The notes beneath the pieces were generated by a model. The model was not told the DNA's origin. It made no database searches and was given only the letters and a program-made list of their open reading frames with translations. 60,695 nt of DNA. Source: Candidatus Gallimonas sp. Its GTDB lineage: Bacteria; Bacillota; Clostridia; Christensenellales; Borkfalkiaceae. The DNA lies in contig DBGBVX010000005.1 in the NCBI GenBank assembly GCA_048370055.1, forward strand, positions 1 through 60,695, written 5' to 3'. Positions 42,415-52,094 of the stretch are shown piece by piece (positions within the stretch are counted from its first letter, which is position 1; each line of letters starts with the position of its first letter). Position numbers and translations under genes: made by a program.

Positions 42415-42437
42415 AAAAATCCCTTTACGGGATTTTT
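42415..42437 (+). terminator. AT-rich hairpin AAAAATCCC-tttac-GGGATTTTT just upstream of mnmG
   Basis: The 9-bp stem ends in a T-run, 14 nt before ATG 42451. It could terminate dnaA/repeat read-through. The function is uncertain. Confidence 0.4.
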
Positions 42438-42450
42438 GCATATTGATACC

Positions 42451-44322
42451 ATGAAACAGCTTTTTTCCGAAGGAACGTACGACGCCGTGGTCATCGGCGC
42501 GGGTCACGCGGGGTGCGAAGCCGCCCTCGCACTCGCCCGCACGGGATTGAAGACGGTGATGCTCACCCTCAATTTAGACAGCATCGGCTTTATGCCCTGC
42601 AACCCCTCCGTCGGCGGCACCGCGAAGGGGCATCTGGTGCGCGAGATCGACGCGCTCGGCGGCGAGATGGGGCTCAACGCCGACCGCACCGCTCTGCAAT
42701 ACCGCATGCTCAACGAGGGCAAGGGCGCGGCGGTGCAGTCGCTCCGCGCGCAGACGGACAAGAACCGCTACCACACCGAGATGAAACGGGTTCTGGAGCA
42801 TACCGAAAACCTGCGCATCGTGCAGGGCGAGGCGGCGGACATCCTCACCGAAAACGGGCATGTGACGGGTGTCGTCACCTCGTACGGGGGCGTATTTTCC
42901 TGCCGCGCTGCGGTGGTGGCGACGGGCGTATACCTGAACGCGCGCACCATCACGGGCGACGTGATCGCCGAGAGCGGACCCAACGGATTCGCGCGGGCGA
43001 CCATGCTCACGGAATGCCTCATGCGGCTGGGATACAGCGTACGGCGCTTCAAGACGGGTACCCCCGCCCGCCTCGACGGGCGCACCGTGGATACCTCCGC
43101 CCTCCCCGTTCAGCCGGGCGAGGCGGTATACCCCTTCTCCTTTTTGAACGACGGCGTGCCCTACCCAGGACTGCAGAAGGCGTGCTACCTCACCTACACC
43201 AACGAAGAGACGCACAAAGTCATTCTGCAGAACCTTGACCGCGCCCCCCTCTATAACGGCACGATCTCCTCGACGGGACCCAGATACTGCCCCTCCATCG
43301 AGACGAAGGTGGTGAGGTTTGCCGATAAGGAACGCCACCAGCTCTTTCTGGAGCCCGAGGGCGCGGACACCACCGAAGTGTACGTGCAGGGGCTCTCCAC
43401 CTCCCTCCCCCACGACCTGCAAAAACAGATGTACCGCACGGTAAAGGGATTGGAGCGGTGTGAGATCGTCCGCTATGCCTACGCCATCGAATACGATTGC
43501 ATCGATACGCTGGACGTGCTCCCCACCCTCGAATTCAAGAAGGTGGAGGGCTTGTACACCGCGGGGCAGATCAACGGCACGAGCGGGTACGAGGAGGCGG
43601 CGGCGCAGGGACTGATGGCGGGGCTCAACGCCTCGCTCAAGCTCCGCGGGCTCCCGCCCCTCGTTCTGCGGCGCGACGAGGCGTATATCGGCGTGCTCAT
43701 CGACGACCTTGTGACGAAGGGCACCGACGAGCCCTACCGCATGATGACCTCGCGCGCGGAGTACCGCCTTACCCTGCGGCAGGACAATGCGGACGTGCGG
43801 CTGACGGAGACGGGTTACCGCTGCGGGCTGGTGAGCGAGGAACGCTACAAAAAATACCTTGCGCGGCGGGAACAGCGCAGACGGGCGGCGGAACTCCTGA
43901 ATATGCGCGCCGACCAGAAGACGGCAGACGCGCTCGTGCAGAAGCACGGGCAGCCGCCCCTCTCCGCAGGCGTAACGTACGCCGATCTCATCCGCCGCGG
44001 CGTCACCCTGCCGGAGCTCATGGATACGTTCGGCATCCTCAAAGACGTTCCCGCCGACGTGCGCCTCTCCTGCGAGACGGACGTGCGCTACGAGGGCTAC
44101 TTAAAGCGCAGTGCCGAACAGATGGCGAAGGCGAAAAAAATGGAGGACTCCCCTCTGCCGCCCGATCTCGACTACGGTGCGATCGCGGGGCTCAGGCTGG
44201 AGGCGCGCGAAAAACTCGCGCGCATCCGTCCCCTCAACTTAGGGCAGGCGGAGCGCATCTCGGGCGTTTCCCCCGCCGATATCTCCGTTCTCATGGTGTA
44301 CCTGAGCATGAAAAAGCCGTGA
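42451..44322 (+). CDS. mnmG: tRNA uridine 5-carboxymethylaminomethyl modification enzyme MnmG (GidA)
   Basis: 623 aa from ATG 42451 (the ORF track starts at an upstream TTG). It has the FAD motif VIGAGHAGCEAA and GidA core motifs throughout. Confidence 0.96.
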   Translation: MKQLFSEGTYDAVVIGAGHAGCEAALALARTGLKTVMLTLNLDSIGFMPCNPSVGGTAKGHLVREIDALGGEMGLNADRTALQYRMLNEGKGAAVQSLRAQTDKNRYHTEMKRVLEHTENLRIVQGEAADILTENGHVTGVVTSYGGVFSCRAAVVATGVYLNARTITGDVIAESGPNGFARATMLTECLMRLGYSVRRFKTGTPARLDGRTVDTSALPVQPGEAVYPFSFLNDGVPYPGLQKACYLTYTNEETHKVILQNLDRAPLYNGTISSTGPRYCPSIETKVVRFADKERHQLFLEPEGADTTEVYVQGLSTSLPHDLQKQMYRTVKGLERCEIVRYAYAIEYDCIDTLDVLPTLEFKKVEGLYTAGQINGTSGYEEAAAQGLMAGLNASLKLRGLPPLVLRRDEAYIGVLIDDLVTKGTDEPYRMMTSRAEYRLTLRQDNADVRLTETGYRCGLVSEERYKKYLARREQRRRAAELLNMRADQKTADALVQKHGQPPLSAGVTYADLIRRGVTLPELMDTFGILKDVPADVRLSCETDVRYEGYLKRSAEQMAKAKKMEDSPLPPDLDYGAIAGLRLEAREKLARIRPLNLGQAERISGVSPADISVLMVYLSMKKP

Positions 44323-44371
44323 CCATGCCCGCCGTCGCCGAAAAACGAAGACACCATGTCTGTGTTCTTTA

Positions 44372-44418
44372 CAAAAACAATGCGCGCGTGCACATCTGTG
44401 CACGCGCGCCGTTTTTTT
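44372..44418. terminator. Bidirectional terminator between mnmG and the nitroreductase gene
   Basis: GCGCGCGTGCACA-tc-TGTGCACGCGCGC at 44382-44409 is flanked by an A-run upstream and TTTTTTT downstream. Confidence 0.85.
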
Positions 44419-44419
44419 C

Positions 44420-44941
44420 TCAGAACTTATTATAGCATACGAGCTGCTCCATCGGCTTGTTTTCCGCATGCGCGGGCGCGGGAGACGCGTCCGCCGCGGG
44501 ATAACCCATGACGAGGATGGCGGTCGGCTCGTAATTATCGGGCAGAGCGAACTCGCTGCGCACGGCGGCGGGATCGAAGTGCATCACCCACGTAGTGCCG
44601 ATCCCGAGCGAATATGCCATGAGCATCATGTGTGTGGTGACGATCCCGACGTCCACCTCGCCGCTTGGCGCGTTATCGTACCTGGTACGGTGCCAGCAAG
44701 CCGTCTTGTCGTAACAGACGAGGAGTGCCGCGGGCGCCCCGAAACGGCACTTTGTGCAGCGGTCGGGCTTTTCGAGCGTCTCTTTTTCGTCGATGACGAG
44801 GATGCGCTGCGGCTGTTCGTTGTGCGCCGTCGGCGCGACGCGCCCCGCCTCGAGAATGGTGCGGATGACCTCGCGCGGGACGGGCTTTTCTTCAAACCTG
44901 CGGCAGGAATACCGCTCCTTCATCAGCTTCATAAGATCCAT
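44420..44941 (-). CDS. Nitroreductase family protein
   Basis: 173 aa from ATG 44941 (AGGAGGAAAGG RBS). The motifs RYSCRRF and APTAHNEQP are typical of the family. Confidence 0.85.
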   Translation of the reverse strand: MDLMKLMKERYSCRRFEEKPVPREVIRTILEAGRVAPTAHNEQPQRILVIDEKETLEKPDRCTKCRFGAPAALLVCYDKTACWHRTRYDNAPSGEVDVGIVTTHMMLMAYSLGIGTTWVMHFDPAAVRSEFALPDNYEPTAILVMGYPAADASPAPAHAENKPMEQLVCYNKF

Positions 44942-45020
44942 TTTCCCTTTCCTCCTGTTAATATGGCGATATCTGCAGATGCGCATACGAGACGCGCCGC
45001 GGCAGCGTTACATTACGGCA

Positions 45021-45602
45021 TTACAGCGTTTCGAGTTCGTCGAGCGTGAGCGAAAACGCGGGGATAAAGTGCTCGAAAAAGTAATCGACGGCGCGCATAT
45101 TCTTCCCGAGGAGCGCGGCTTTCGTCGTCTTTTCCGCCTGCGTGAACTCGGTATTGCCCGAGCGCAGCTCTTCGAGACATTTGAGATACGCCGAGAGCTT
45201 GTCCGCCGCCTTGACGAACGCGTACTCCTTGGTGCTCTTATCCGCCTGCAAATAGGGATAGAGCGCGCCCTTGAGGGGCTCGGGAAGGTTCGCGGCGATC
45301 CTGTCGACGGCGAGGCGCTCCACCTTTTCGTATTCGCCGTGGAGCTGACCGTTGAAATACTTGATGGGCGTGGGCATATCGCCCGTCATGACCTCGCTCA
45401 CCTCGTGATAGAGCGCGTACAGGATGGCGGAAGAAGTATCGACGCTGCCGCCGAACACCTCCGTTTCGATGAGGCAGAGCGCGTGCGTTAAAAAGGCGAC
45501 CTGATGGGAGTGCTCCATGATGTTTTCCTCGCGCGTGGAGCGCATGAGCTGCCAGCGCTTGATAAACTTCATCCTGTCGAGATAGGCGTAAAATTTTTCC
45601 AT
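45021..45602 (-). CDS. HD-domain 5'-deoxynucleotidase (YfbR-like)
   Basis: 193 aa with RWQLMRSTREENIMEHSHQVA and HEVSEVMTGD (H...HD...D metal ligands). Confidence 0.85.
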   Translation of the reverse strand: MEKFYAYLDRMKFIKRWQLMRSTREENIMEHSHQVAFLTHALCLIETEVFGGSVDTSSAILYALYHEVSEVMTGDMPTPIKYFNGQLHGEYEKVERLAVDRIAANLPEPLKGALYPYLQADKSTKEYAFVKAADKLSAYLKCLEELRSGNTEFTQAEKTTKAALLGKNMRAVDYFFEHFIPAFSLTLDELETL

Positions 45603-45676
45603 ACTGCGACCCCTGCTGAAATTCAGATGATTTCCGTTACAGTATAAATTATACTACAATTTCCGCAAAAATTCAA

Positions 45677-45705
45677 TTGACTTTTGCAGTTTTTCGCGGT
45701 ATACT
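45677..45705 (+). promoter_or_regulatory. Promoter TTGACT-17-TATACT for the TPP riboswitch/thiT transcript
   Basis: TTGACT is at 45677-45682 and TATACT at 45700-45705. Confidence 0.65.
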
Positions 45706-45721
45706 TTGATTACAAAAATCA

Positions 45722-45845
45722 AATATCCGTCGTGGGTGCTGTAACAGGCTGAGATGATACCACTTGAATCGGGCAAGGTAATGCTTGGACGAAAGACAGG
45801 ATTTTTTCAGGACGCTCCACGCATTTTGCATGGGCGTTTTTTGTT
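45722..45845 (+). promoter_or_regulatory. TPP (THI-box) riboswitch with terminator-type expression platform
   Basis: The aptamer signatures are TGGGTGCT, GGCTGAGAT, ATACCACTTGAATC and GGTAATGC...GGACG, with the P1 helix CCGTC/GACGG. An imperfect hairpin plus TTTTTT follows at 45837-45842. The downstream gene is ThiT-like. Confidence 0.85.
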
Positions 45846-45885
45846 TGGTTTTCCCGAAACCAAAGACGGATAAAAGGAGTGTAAG

Positions 45886-47196
45886 ATGACCCTTTCCCTG
45901 CTGTCCTTCTATCAGGACTACTTTGAGACGGGCGAAGGCAACGACAAGATCCCGCACTACGATTACCCCGATGTGTGGACGTCGTTCGCCAAAGACGTGC
46001 TCATGAACATGTTTTTGTATGCGGCGATCGCGCTCGTCGTCATCCTGCTCGCCGTCGGGTTCTTTGTAAGCCGCAAAAAGCCCGAATCGGTGAAGAGCTA
46101 TGTGCGCACGGCGCTGGGCATCGCATGCGGTTTCGCCGTTGCCGTGATCGCGACCATGCTGACGTTGGAATTTGCCGATATGTACGAAAACGGCTATGTA
46201 TTCGACCTCGTGCTTTGGCCCTCCGTCGTATGCGTCGCCGTCGTCGTATTGGGCATCGCGGCGATCTATATCGCCTCCCTCTTCTCGAAGAAGGCCTTCA
46301 AAACCACCTCGATCGTTTGCGGGAGCCTGATGGGCGCGGCGTTCGTTGCACTCTTTGTATGCCTTTGCGTCTACTTCGGCACGGGTGAAGCGGTCGAGAA
46401 CAACGGCGTTGAGATCACGACGTCGGAAAACGTGGCGCTCTACTGCTGCGCCGTGGCGCTCATCGCCGCCATCGTCGCGTGCGCCTTCCTCTTCGACAAG
46501 GGAAAGAAGGGGCTCGATTCCAAGTCCATCTCCTATGCCGCGATCTGTATTGCGATGAGTTTCGCGCTCTCCTACATCGCGCCCATCCACATGCCGCAGG
46601 GCGGCTCGCTGACGATCGCCTCCCTCCTGCCGCTCATGATCTATTCGTATATGTTCGGCACCAAAAAAGGCGTGCTTGCGGGCGCCGTGTACGGGCTTTT
46701 GCAGATCATTCAAGATCCGTGGATCATCCACCCCGCACAGCTCCTTTTAGACTACCCCATCGCCTTTGCGGGCATCGGGCTTTCGGGCATGTTCGCGCAT
46801 GTGAAAAAGCTCGAAAAGCTCCCTCAGGTTCAGCTCGCGCTCGGCGCGATCGTGGGCAGCGTGTTCCGCTTTGCGGCGCATCTGCTCTCGGGCGTATTCG
46901 CCTTCTCCGAATTTGCGCCCGACATCGACGCATGGATCTATTCGCTCGGCTACAACGCCTCCTATGTATTCCCCGACATCGCCATCGCGATCGCAGCGGG
47001 CATCATCGTGTTCAGCTCGCCCTCCTTCGTCAGACAGGTGCGCAAGTACGCCGCGCCCAAAAAAGCGCCCGTGACGGCGCCCGAAGCGCAGGCAGAAGCG
47101 CTCCCTGAACAGGATCTGACCGAAAACGTTCAGCCCGCCGCGGCGACCGTGAACGGTCAGCCCGCAGAGCAGACCGTGCCCGAGAAAAAGGAATAA
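45886..47196 (+). CDS. thiT: Thiamine transporter ThiT (ECF S-component) with ~200-aa extra N-terminal membrane domain and a low-complexity tail
   Basis: 436 aa. Roughly residues 210-390 match the ThiT/YuaJ pattern (HMPQGGSLTIASLLPLMIYSY, QLLLDYPIAFAGIGLSG, HLLSGVFAF, YSLGYNASY). The N-terminal half adds 4-5 TM helices. The C-terminus is PAE/Q-rich. Confidence 0.75.
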   Translation: MTLSLLSFYQDYFETGEGNDKIPHYDYPDVWTSFAKDVLMNMFLYAAIALVVILLAVGFFVSRKKPESVKSYVRTALGIACGFAVAVIATMLTLEFADMYENGYVFDLVLWPSVVCVAVVVLGIAAIYIASLFSKKAFKTTSIVCGSLMGAAFVALFVCLCVYFGTGEAVENNGVEITTSENVALYCCAVALIAAIVACAFLFDKGKKGLDSKSISYAAICIAMSFALSYIAPIHMPQGGSLTIASLLPLMIYSYMFGTKKGVLAGAVYGLLQIIQDPWIIHPAQLLLDYPIAFAGIGLSGMFAHVKKLEKLPQVQLALGAIVGSVFRFAAHLLSGVFAFSEFAPDIDAWIYSLGYNASYVFPDIAIAIAAGIIVFSSPSFVRQVRKYAAPKKAPVTAPEAQAEALPEQDLTENVQPAAATVNGQPAEQTVPEKKE

Positions 47197-47209
47197 AGCA
47201 AAATTTCAG

Positions 47210-47241
47210 AGAGGTTTCCCGCAGGGGGAACCTCTTTTTTT
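47210..47241 (+). terminator. Rho-independent terminator after thiT
   Basis: AGAGGTTTCCC-gca-GGGGGAACCTCT followed by TTTTTTT. Confidence 0.85.
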
Positions 47242-47272
47242 ATGCGCGGGCGGAGAATTTTTTCCAAAGATA

Positions 47273-47301
47273 TTGAAAATGCTTTTCCGGTGTGATACAA
47301 T
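47273..47301 (+). promoter_or_regulatory. Promoter TTGAAA-17-TACAAT (extended TG) for the BNR-repeat gene
   Basis: TTGAAA is at 47273-47278 and TGA-TACAAT ends at 47301. Confidence 0.55.
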
Positions 47302-47371
47302 AAAACAAATATCCGCCGCTTGCGGCGCGGGGCGGCAACGCCACGAAAACAATCGAGGGGGAAAGAAAAAA

Positions 47372-48517
47372 ATGGCGATCAGAATTACAAGAGAGAATAT
47401 GGGCGTGGTGTTCACCCCGCGCGACGAGGAGGTGTACTCCAATACCTCGGGCGTGCTGTATCCGCGCGTCGTGGAACTGCACCATGCGGGAGGGCTCAAC
47501 GGGACGCTGCTCGCGACGTTCGATCACTCCACGCTCAAAGAACCGCCCGTGGTGCCCGTGATGTGCTCGAAGGACGGCGGCGTAACGTGGGAAAAATACT
47601 CCCAAATCGAAGACACGCAGAACGGCTACGGCATCCGCTTTCAGCCGCACATCTACGAACTGCCGCAGCAATGCGGCGATTTGGAGGCGGGCGTCATCGT
47701 GATGTGCGGAAACTCCGTGCCCTTAAACTTTGCCTCGACGGAGCTCTCCTTCTACATCAGCCGCGACCACGGCAAGACGTGGGAGTTCCGCTCCTCCGTG
47801 GTGCAGGGCGGACCGCCCGTGGAGCAGAACTTCGAGGCGCTCGGCCCCGTGTGGGAACCGAACATCTACCTCGACGCATACGGCAGGATCGTCGTCGCCT
47901 TCACCGACGAGCGCCCGCACACCGACCCGCGCTTTAATCAGACGCTTGCGCTCGTTACTTCGGAGGACGGAGGCAAAACGTGGAGCGACGTGAAATATAC
48001 CGTGACCGTGCCCGACCGCGCGCTGCGCCCCGGCATGCCCGTGGTGACGCGCATGGGCAACGGAAAATACATTATGGTGTACGAGATCGTCGGCTATCCG
48101 TGCTGCGACATCTACTATAAACTTTCGGATGACGGCACCGATTGGGGCGATCCCCTCCTCAAGGGCACGCGCGCAGAGACAAAAGACGGGCTGTTCCTCG
48201 GCAGCATGCCCTATGTGATATGGGTGCCGCAGGGCGGCGAAAAGGGCACCGTCATCCTGACGGCGAAGCGCGAGGGCGAGCACATCGGCATGCGCGACCC
48301 GGGATACTACCATGTGAACTACAACTACGGCGAGGGGCCGTGGGAACGCGTCCCCATGCTCATCACCTACAACACCGATACCCTTCAGGCGGGGTGGAGC
48401 ATGGGCATGGCGGCGATCAGAAACGGCGAATACCTCATTCAGCTCGCGCCCACCCCCATGAACAGGCGGCTCATGCAGATCACCTACGGCATCGGCAAGA
48501 TCGAAACGGTAAAATGA
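47372..48517 (+). CDS. BNR/Asp-box repeat glycoside hydrolase (sialidase-like), no signal peptide
   Basis: 381 aa from ATG 47372. It has three Asp-boxes, SKDGGVTW, SRDHGKTW and SEDGGKTW. Confidence 0.8.
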   Translation: MAIRITRENMGVVFTPRDEEVYSNTSGVLYPRVVELHHAGGLNGTLLATFDHSTLKEPPVVPVMCSKDGGVTWEKYSQIEDTQNGYGIRFQPHIYELPQQCGDLEAGVIVMCGNSVPLNFASTELSFYISRDHGKTWEFRSSVVQGGPPVEQNFEALGPVWEPNIYLDAYGRIVVAFTDERPHTDPRFNQTLALVTSEDGGKTWSDVKYTVTVPDRALRPGMPVVTRMGNGKYIMVYEIVGYPCCDIYYKLSDDGTDWGDPLLKGTRAETKDGLFLGSMPYVIWVPQGGEKGTVILTAKREGEHIGMRDPGYYHVNYNYGEGPWERVPMLITYNTDTLQAGWSMGMAAIRNGEYLIQLAPTPMNRRLMQITYGIGKIETVK

Positions 48518-48540
48518 CCGCCTTATACAAAACGTAACAA

Positions 48541-48570
48541 ATAAATCCCGCTCCTCCGAGCGGGATTTAT
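48541..48570. terminator. Bidirectional hairpin between the BNR gene and rseP
   Basis: ATAAATCCCGCTC-ctcc-GAGCGGGATTTAT with AT-rich flanks on both sides. Confidence 0.7.
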
Positions 48571-49829
48571 TATACGAACTGCAAAATATCGACGAGCACG
48601 GCGAACCCGAGCAGGAGAATGAGCCCCACAAAATGGATGACCGCCTCCACCTTGCGGTTGACAGGCTTGCCGCGGATCCACTCGATGACAGTGAACACGA
48701 TCTTGCTGCCGTCGAGCGCGGGGATGGGCAGAAGGTTGAACACGGCGAGATTGACGCCGATGTAGCCCGCGATCTCCAAAAATCCGCGGAAACTGCTGCC
48801 CGCCACCTGCGAGGTGATGGCGATGGTGCTCACGGGCCCGCCTAAAACGGAGAGCCCGAGCCGCCCCGTGAGGAGCTCGCCGAGGATCTGAAAGATGGAG
48901 CCCGCGATCTTGAAAGAATACATGAAGGAGCGCCCGAGCGTCTCCCAAAACCCGAAGCGGTACAGCGCGCTCGCCAATAGATAGCCGCCGCCCTCCTCCG
49001 CCTCCTCATAGCGGATGCCGAGCGCCCGCCACACGGAGGAGAAGTCCGCGCTGTTTTCCACCGTTACGTCGGCGCGGAGCTGCACCTCCACGTCCATCTC
49101 TTCGCGGTAACTTTCCCCGTTTTCATCCATAAAGAGGCGGGAGATGCGGAAGCTCACCCGCTCCCCTGTCTTTTTGCCGTTCAGCGCTTTTGCAATATCG
49201 GTGGTGAGGTAGAGATCTCTTCCCTCCGCCTGCAGCATGATGTCTCTGTCCTGCAGGCAGTACCCGGCGGCGATTGCCTCCGTCCGCTCCGCCTCGTATA
49301 CGGCGACCATCGTCTGCCCGTACGCAAAGAAACAGACGATGATGAGCAGGACGGCGAGCAGGTAATTCATCAGCGCGCCCGCGAGCAGAACGATGATGCG
49401 CTGCCACGGCTTGCGGTTGACGAACCAATGCGCCTTTTCCTCCTCGGTGGGCGCGTGCGCCGCAGGCTGTGCGTGCGCCGCGGAGGGCGCCGCCTCGGAC
49501 ATGGCGGGGGCATTTTCCGTATGCTCCCCTTCGGCAGTCTCGGCAAATGGCTCGGGAGGCGGCGCCTCTTCCAACCCGTCCTCGCCCGCGAACGCGCAGT
49601 AGCCGCCCAAGGGAATGAGGCGCAGGGCGAAGAGCTCGCCCGATTTTTTGCTCCTGCGCTTGAAGAGCGCGGGTCCGAAGCCGATGGAGAATTCGTCGAT
49701 CTTGAATTTTAAGATCTTCCCCGCAATGTAGTGCCCGAACTCGTGCACGGTGATCATGACGAGCAGGATGAGGATGGCGAGAAGAACGGAGCCGACGGTG
49801 CTCCATGCGCTTAAAAGATTATTTACCAT
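48570..49829 (-). CDS. rseP: RIP metalloprotease RseP (site-2 protease)
   Basis: 419 aa from ATG 49829 (11-nt overlap with the dnaX-unrelated dxr stop). It has the HEFGHY zinc motif, a C-terminal LPIPALDGSK motif, and a low-complexity Pro/Ala/Glu insert after TM1. Confidence 0.85.
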   Translation of the reverse strand: MVNNLLSAWSTVGSVLLAILILLVMITVHEFGHYIAGKILKFKIDEFSIGFGPALFKRRSKKSGELFALRLIPLGGYCAFAGEDGLEEAPPPEPFAETAEGEHTENAPAMSEAAPSAAHAQPAAHAPTEEEKAHWFVNRKPWQRIIVLLAGALMNYLLAVLLIIVCFFAYGQTMVAVYEAERTEAIAAGYCLQDRDIMLQAEGRDLYLTTDIAKALNGKKTGERVSFRISRLFMDENGESYREEMDVEVQLRADVTVENSADFSSVWRALGIRYEEAEEGGGYLLASALYRFGFWETLGRSFMYSFKIAGSIFQILGELLTGRLGLSVLGGPVSTIAITSQVAGSSFRGFLEIAGYIGVNLAVFNLLPIPALDGSKIVFTVIEWIRGKPVNRKVEAVIHFVGLILLLGFAVLVDILQFV

Positions 49830-50946
49830 GCGAACAAATATACTGTGCGGCGAACCGGCGCGCGGCGGCGTCCGTTTCGGCAAGCTGCGGATAGCTCTCC
49901 GCCTCCGCCCGCGGGAACGCGCCGAGCGCACACTCGATAGTTTCCGCGATCATGGGAAAGGTTATGCGCCCGCCCAAAAAGGCGTGCACCGCCTCCTCCG
50001 CCGCCGCGTTGAGCACGGTGGGAAGCGTGCCGCCCGCCCTGCCCGCCGCGACCGCGAGCGGAAAACAGGGGAAGCGCTCCGCGGGGAAGGGCAAAAAGGT
50101 GAGTTTGCCGAGCGCGGGAAGATCGAGCGGCTTTTCGCAGGGAAGGCGTTCGGGGTAGGTGAGCGCGAGCTGAATGGGCACGCGCATATCGGGATAGCCG
50201 AGTTGGGCGAGCGCCGCGCCGTCCTCGAAATACACGAGGGAGTGCACGATGCTCTCCGGATGCACGACCGTATCGATCTTATCGAACTCCGTACCATAGA
50301 GCCACTTCGCCTCGATGACCTCGTACCCCTTGTTGAGCAGCGTGGCGCTGTCGATCGTGATCTTTGCGCCCATGTTCCATGTGGGATGGCGGAGCGCGTC
50401 CGCCGCCGTCACGCGGGCGAGCTCTTCCTGCGTGAAACGGTAAAAAGGTCCCCCGCTCGCCGTGAGCACGAGCTTTGCAAACGCCGCGTCGCGGCGGAAG
50501 GCGAGGCACTGAAAGAGCGCGGAGTGCTCGCTGTCTACGGGAACGAGGTCGATCCCCTTTTCACGCACGGCGCGCATGACGAGCTCGCCGCCGCACACGA
50601 GCGACTCCTTGTTGGCAAGGGCGATCTTCTTCCCCGCCGCCGCGGCAAGCAGGGTATATTTCAGCCCCGCGAACCCGCCCGCCGCAATGAACGCGACGTC
50701 GCAGTCCTCAAACAGGCGCGCCTCCTCCCCTTTTGCAAGTTTTTTCACCCCCGCGGGCGGCGTGAACGCCCCCTCCCCGCACAGGGCAGCCGCGGGCGAA
50801 AACTCCGCGCACAGTGCCGCGAGCGCCGCGCCGTCCTTCCCGCACGCGAGCGCGGAAAAGCAGAACTTTTCGGGATAGCGGCGGACGATATCCGCCGTCT
50901 GCCTGCCGATGCTGCCCGTACAGCCGATGAGTGCGATCCTTACCAT
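49819..50946 (-). CDS. dxr: 1-deoxy-D-xylulose 5-phosphate reductoisomerase
   Basis: 375 aa from ATG 50946 (GGAGGCAAT RBS), with the NADPH motif IGCTGSIGRQT and LANKESLV, DSEHSA, HPTWNMG. Confidence 0.95.
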   Translation of the reverse strand: MVRIALIGCTGSIGRQTADIVRRYPEKFCFSALACGKDGAALAALCAEFSPAAALCGEGAFTPPAGVKKLAKGEEARLFEDCDVAFIAAGGFAGLKYTLLAAAAGKKIALANKESLVCGGELVMRAVREKGIDLVPVDSEHSALFQCLAFRRDAAFAKLVLTASGGPFYRFTQEELARVTAADALRHPTWNMGAKITIDSATLLNKGYEVIEAKWLYGTEFDKIDTVVHPESIVHSLVYFEDGAALAQLGYPDMRVPIQLALTYPERLPCEKPLDLPALGKLTFLPFPAERFPCFPLAVAAGRAGGTLPTVLNAAAEEAVHAFLGGRITFPMIAETIECALGAFPRAEAESYPQLAETDAAARRFAAQYICSHGK

Positions 50947-51026
50947 ATTGCCTCCGTAAAAATGCGGCGCGCCCGCGCCCTGAAAAAAACGCCCGCCTTG
51001 TGCGGCGGGCGCAGCGATACTTATAT

Positions 51027-52079
51027 TTATGCGGCGATCCCCCTCGTCATGATACGGATGACGAAGATAAACGCCACGATGAGGCTCGCATAGAGGGACG
51101 AGTCGATGCGGTCGAGGATGCCGCCGTGCCCGGGCAGGATATTGCCCATATCCTTGATGCCGAGCTTGCGCTTGAAACTGCTCTCCACAAGGTCGCCGAA
51201 CTGCGCGAACGCCGACGTGATGACGCCGATGCCGATAAAGAAGATGAAGTCGTTCCACTCGAGCACGGGCGCGGTGAGCGTGAACTCGGCAAACCCCGTG
51301 AGGTGCACGCACTTGCACAGCCCGTAATAGACGAAGAACACGACGATGCCGCCGAGCGCGCCGCCCACGAGCCCGCCGATGCCGCCCACGACCGTCTTGT
51401 TCGGGCTGACGTTGGGCGCCATCTTCCACGGATACTTCTTCCCGAGCGTCTTGCCGACGGTATAGGCGAACATATCGGCGAACGGGCTGATGATGAACAC
51501 GAAGCAGATCGCCACATCCGAATAATACTCAAGGTGATTGCACACCGTCATGACGACGAGGAACACCGAGGGATACATGTACGAGATGAGCGTGCAGCCG
51601 ACCGACTCCAAACTCACCTTGGTGGGCGCGAACACGAGCATGCCGAAGATGACGGCGATGCCTGCGATGAACACGACGAGCGTGACGTGCGGCGCGTAGT
51701 TGCGCCCCACGGCGTCAAGCGGGCTGCCTTCGGGGAATTCCACGCCCAAAATATCGGTAAAGAGGATATCCGCGACGATATACATGACCACGACGAGCAG
51801 CGCGAACGTCATGGAAACGATCTTCTGCGAGCGATGCATCCTGTCGCCGAAGGCGCGAAGCATCTCAAAGGTGCCGATCGCCGTAAACAACAGGATCAGA
51901 ATATCGAAAAAGAGCTTGTGTACGAAGATCTTGAGCGCGAAAAAGCCCAAAAGAATGGCGACGTACACCAATCCCGAATAGGTACGGAGCTGCGCGTTGG
52001 AGTAGCGCGGCTTTTGCGGCGCCTCAGGCGCCGGCTGTCCGCCCGCCGCGGCGGGCTGCTGTTCTTTCAAATCATCCAT
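51027..52079 (-). CDS. cdsA: Phosphatidate cytidylyltransferase with a low-complexity N-terminal extension
   Basis: 350 aa. The CTP_transf_1 signature is [28 protein letters not shown]. Confidence 0.88.
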   Translation of the reverse strand: MDDLKEQQPAAAGGQPAPEAPQKPRYSNAQLRTYSGLVYVAILLGFFALKIFVHKLFFDILILLFTAIGTFEMLRAFGDRMHRSQKIVSMTFALLVVVMYIVADILFTDILGVEFPEGSPLDAVGRNYAPHVTLVVFIAGIAVIFGMLVFAPTKVSLESVGCTLISYMYPSVFLVVMTVCNHLEYYSDVAICFVFIISPFADMFAYTVGKTLGKKYPWKMAPNVSPNKTVVGGIGGLVGGALGGIVVFFVYYGLCKCVHLTGFAEFTLTAPVLEWNDFIFFIGIGVITSAFAQFGDLVESSFKRKLGIKDMGNILPGHGGILDRIDSSLYASLIVAFIFVIRIMTRGIAA

Positions 52080-52094
52080 GTTCAGATCCCCGTT

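Noticed and set aside
49819-51429. Long 5' extensions of ORFs in the track (dxr 536 aa, mutM 298 aa, rpsB 306 aa, rseP 453 aa, asnA 393 aa, luxS 244 aa, PHP 309 aa, ferritin-like 498 aa, and others).
   Set aside because: The extensions are Arg-rich, overlap upstream genes or intergenic signals, and lack an RBS. Internal ATGs with GGAGG-like sites reproduce the canonical N-termini (for example MVRIALIGCTGSIG and MPELPEVE), so the shorter coordinates were used.
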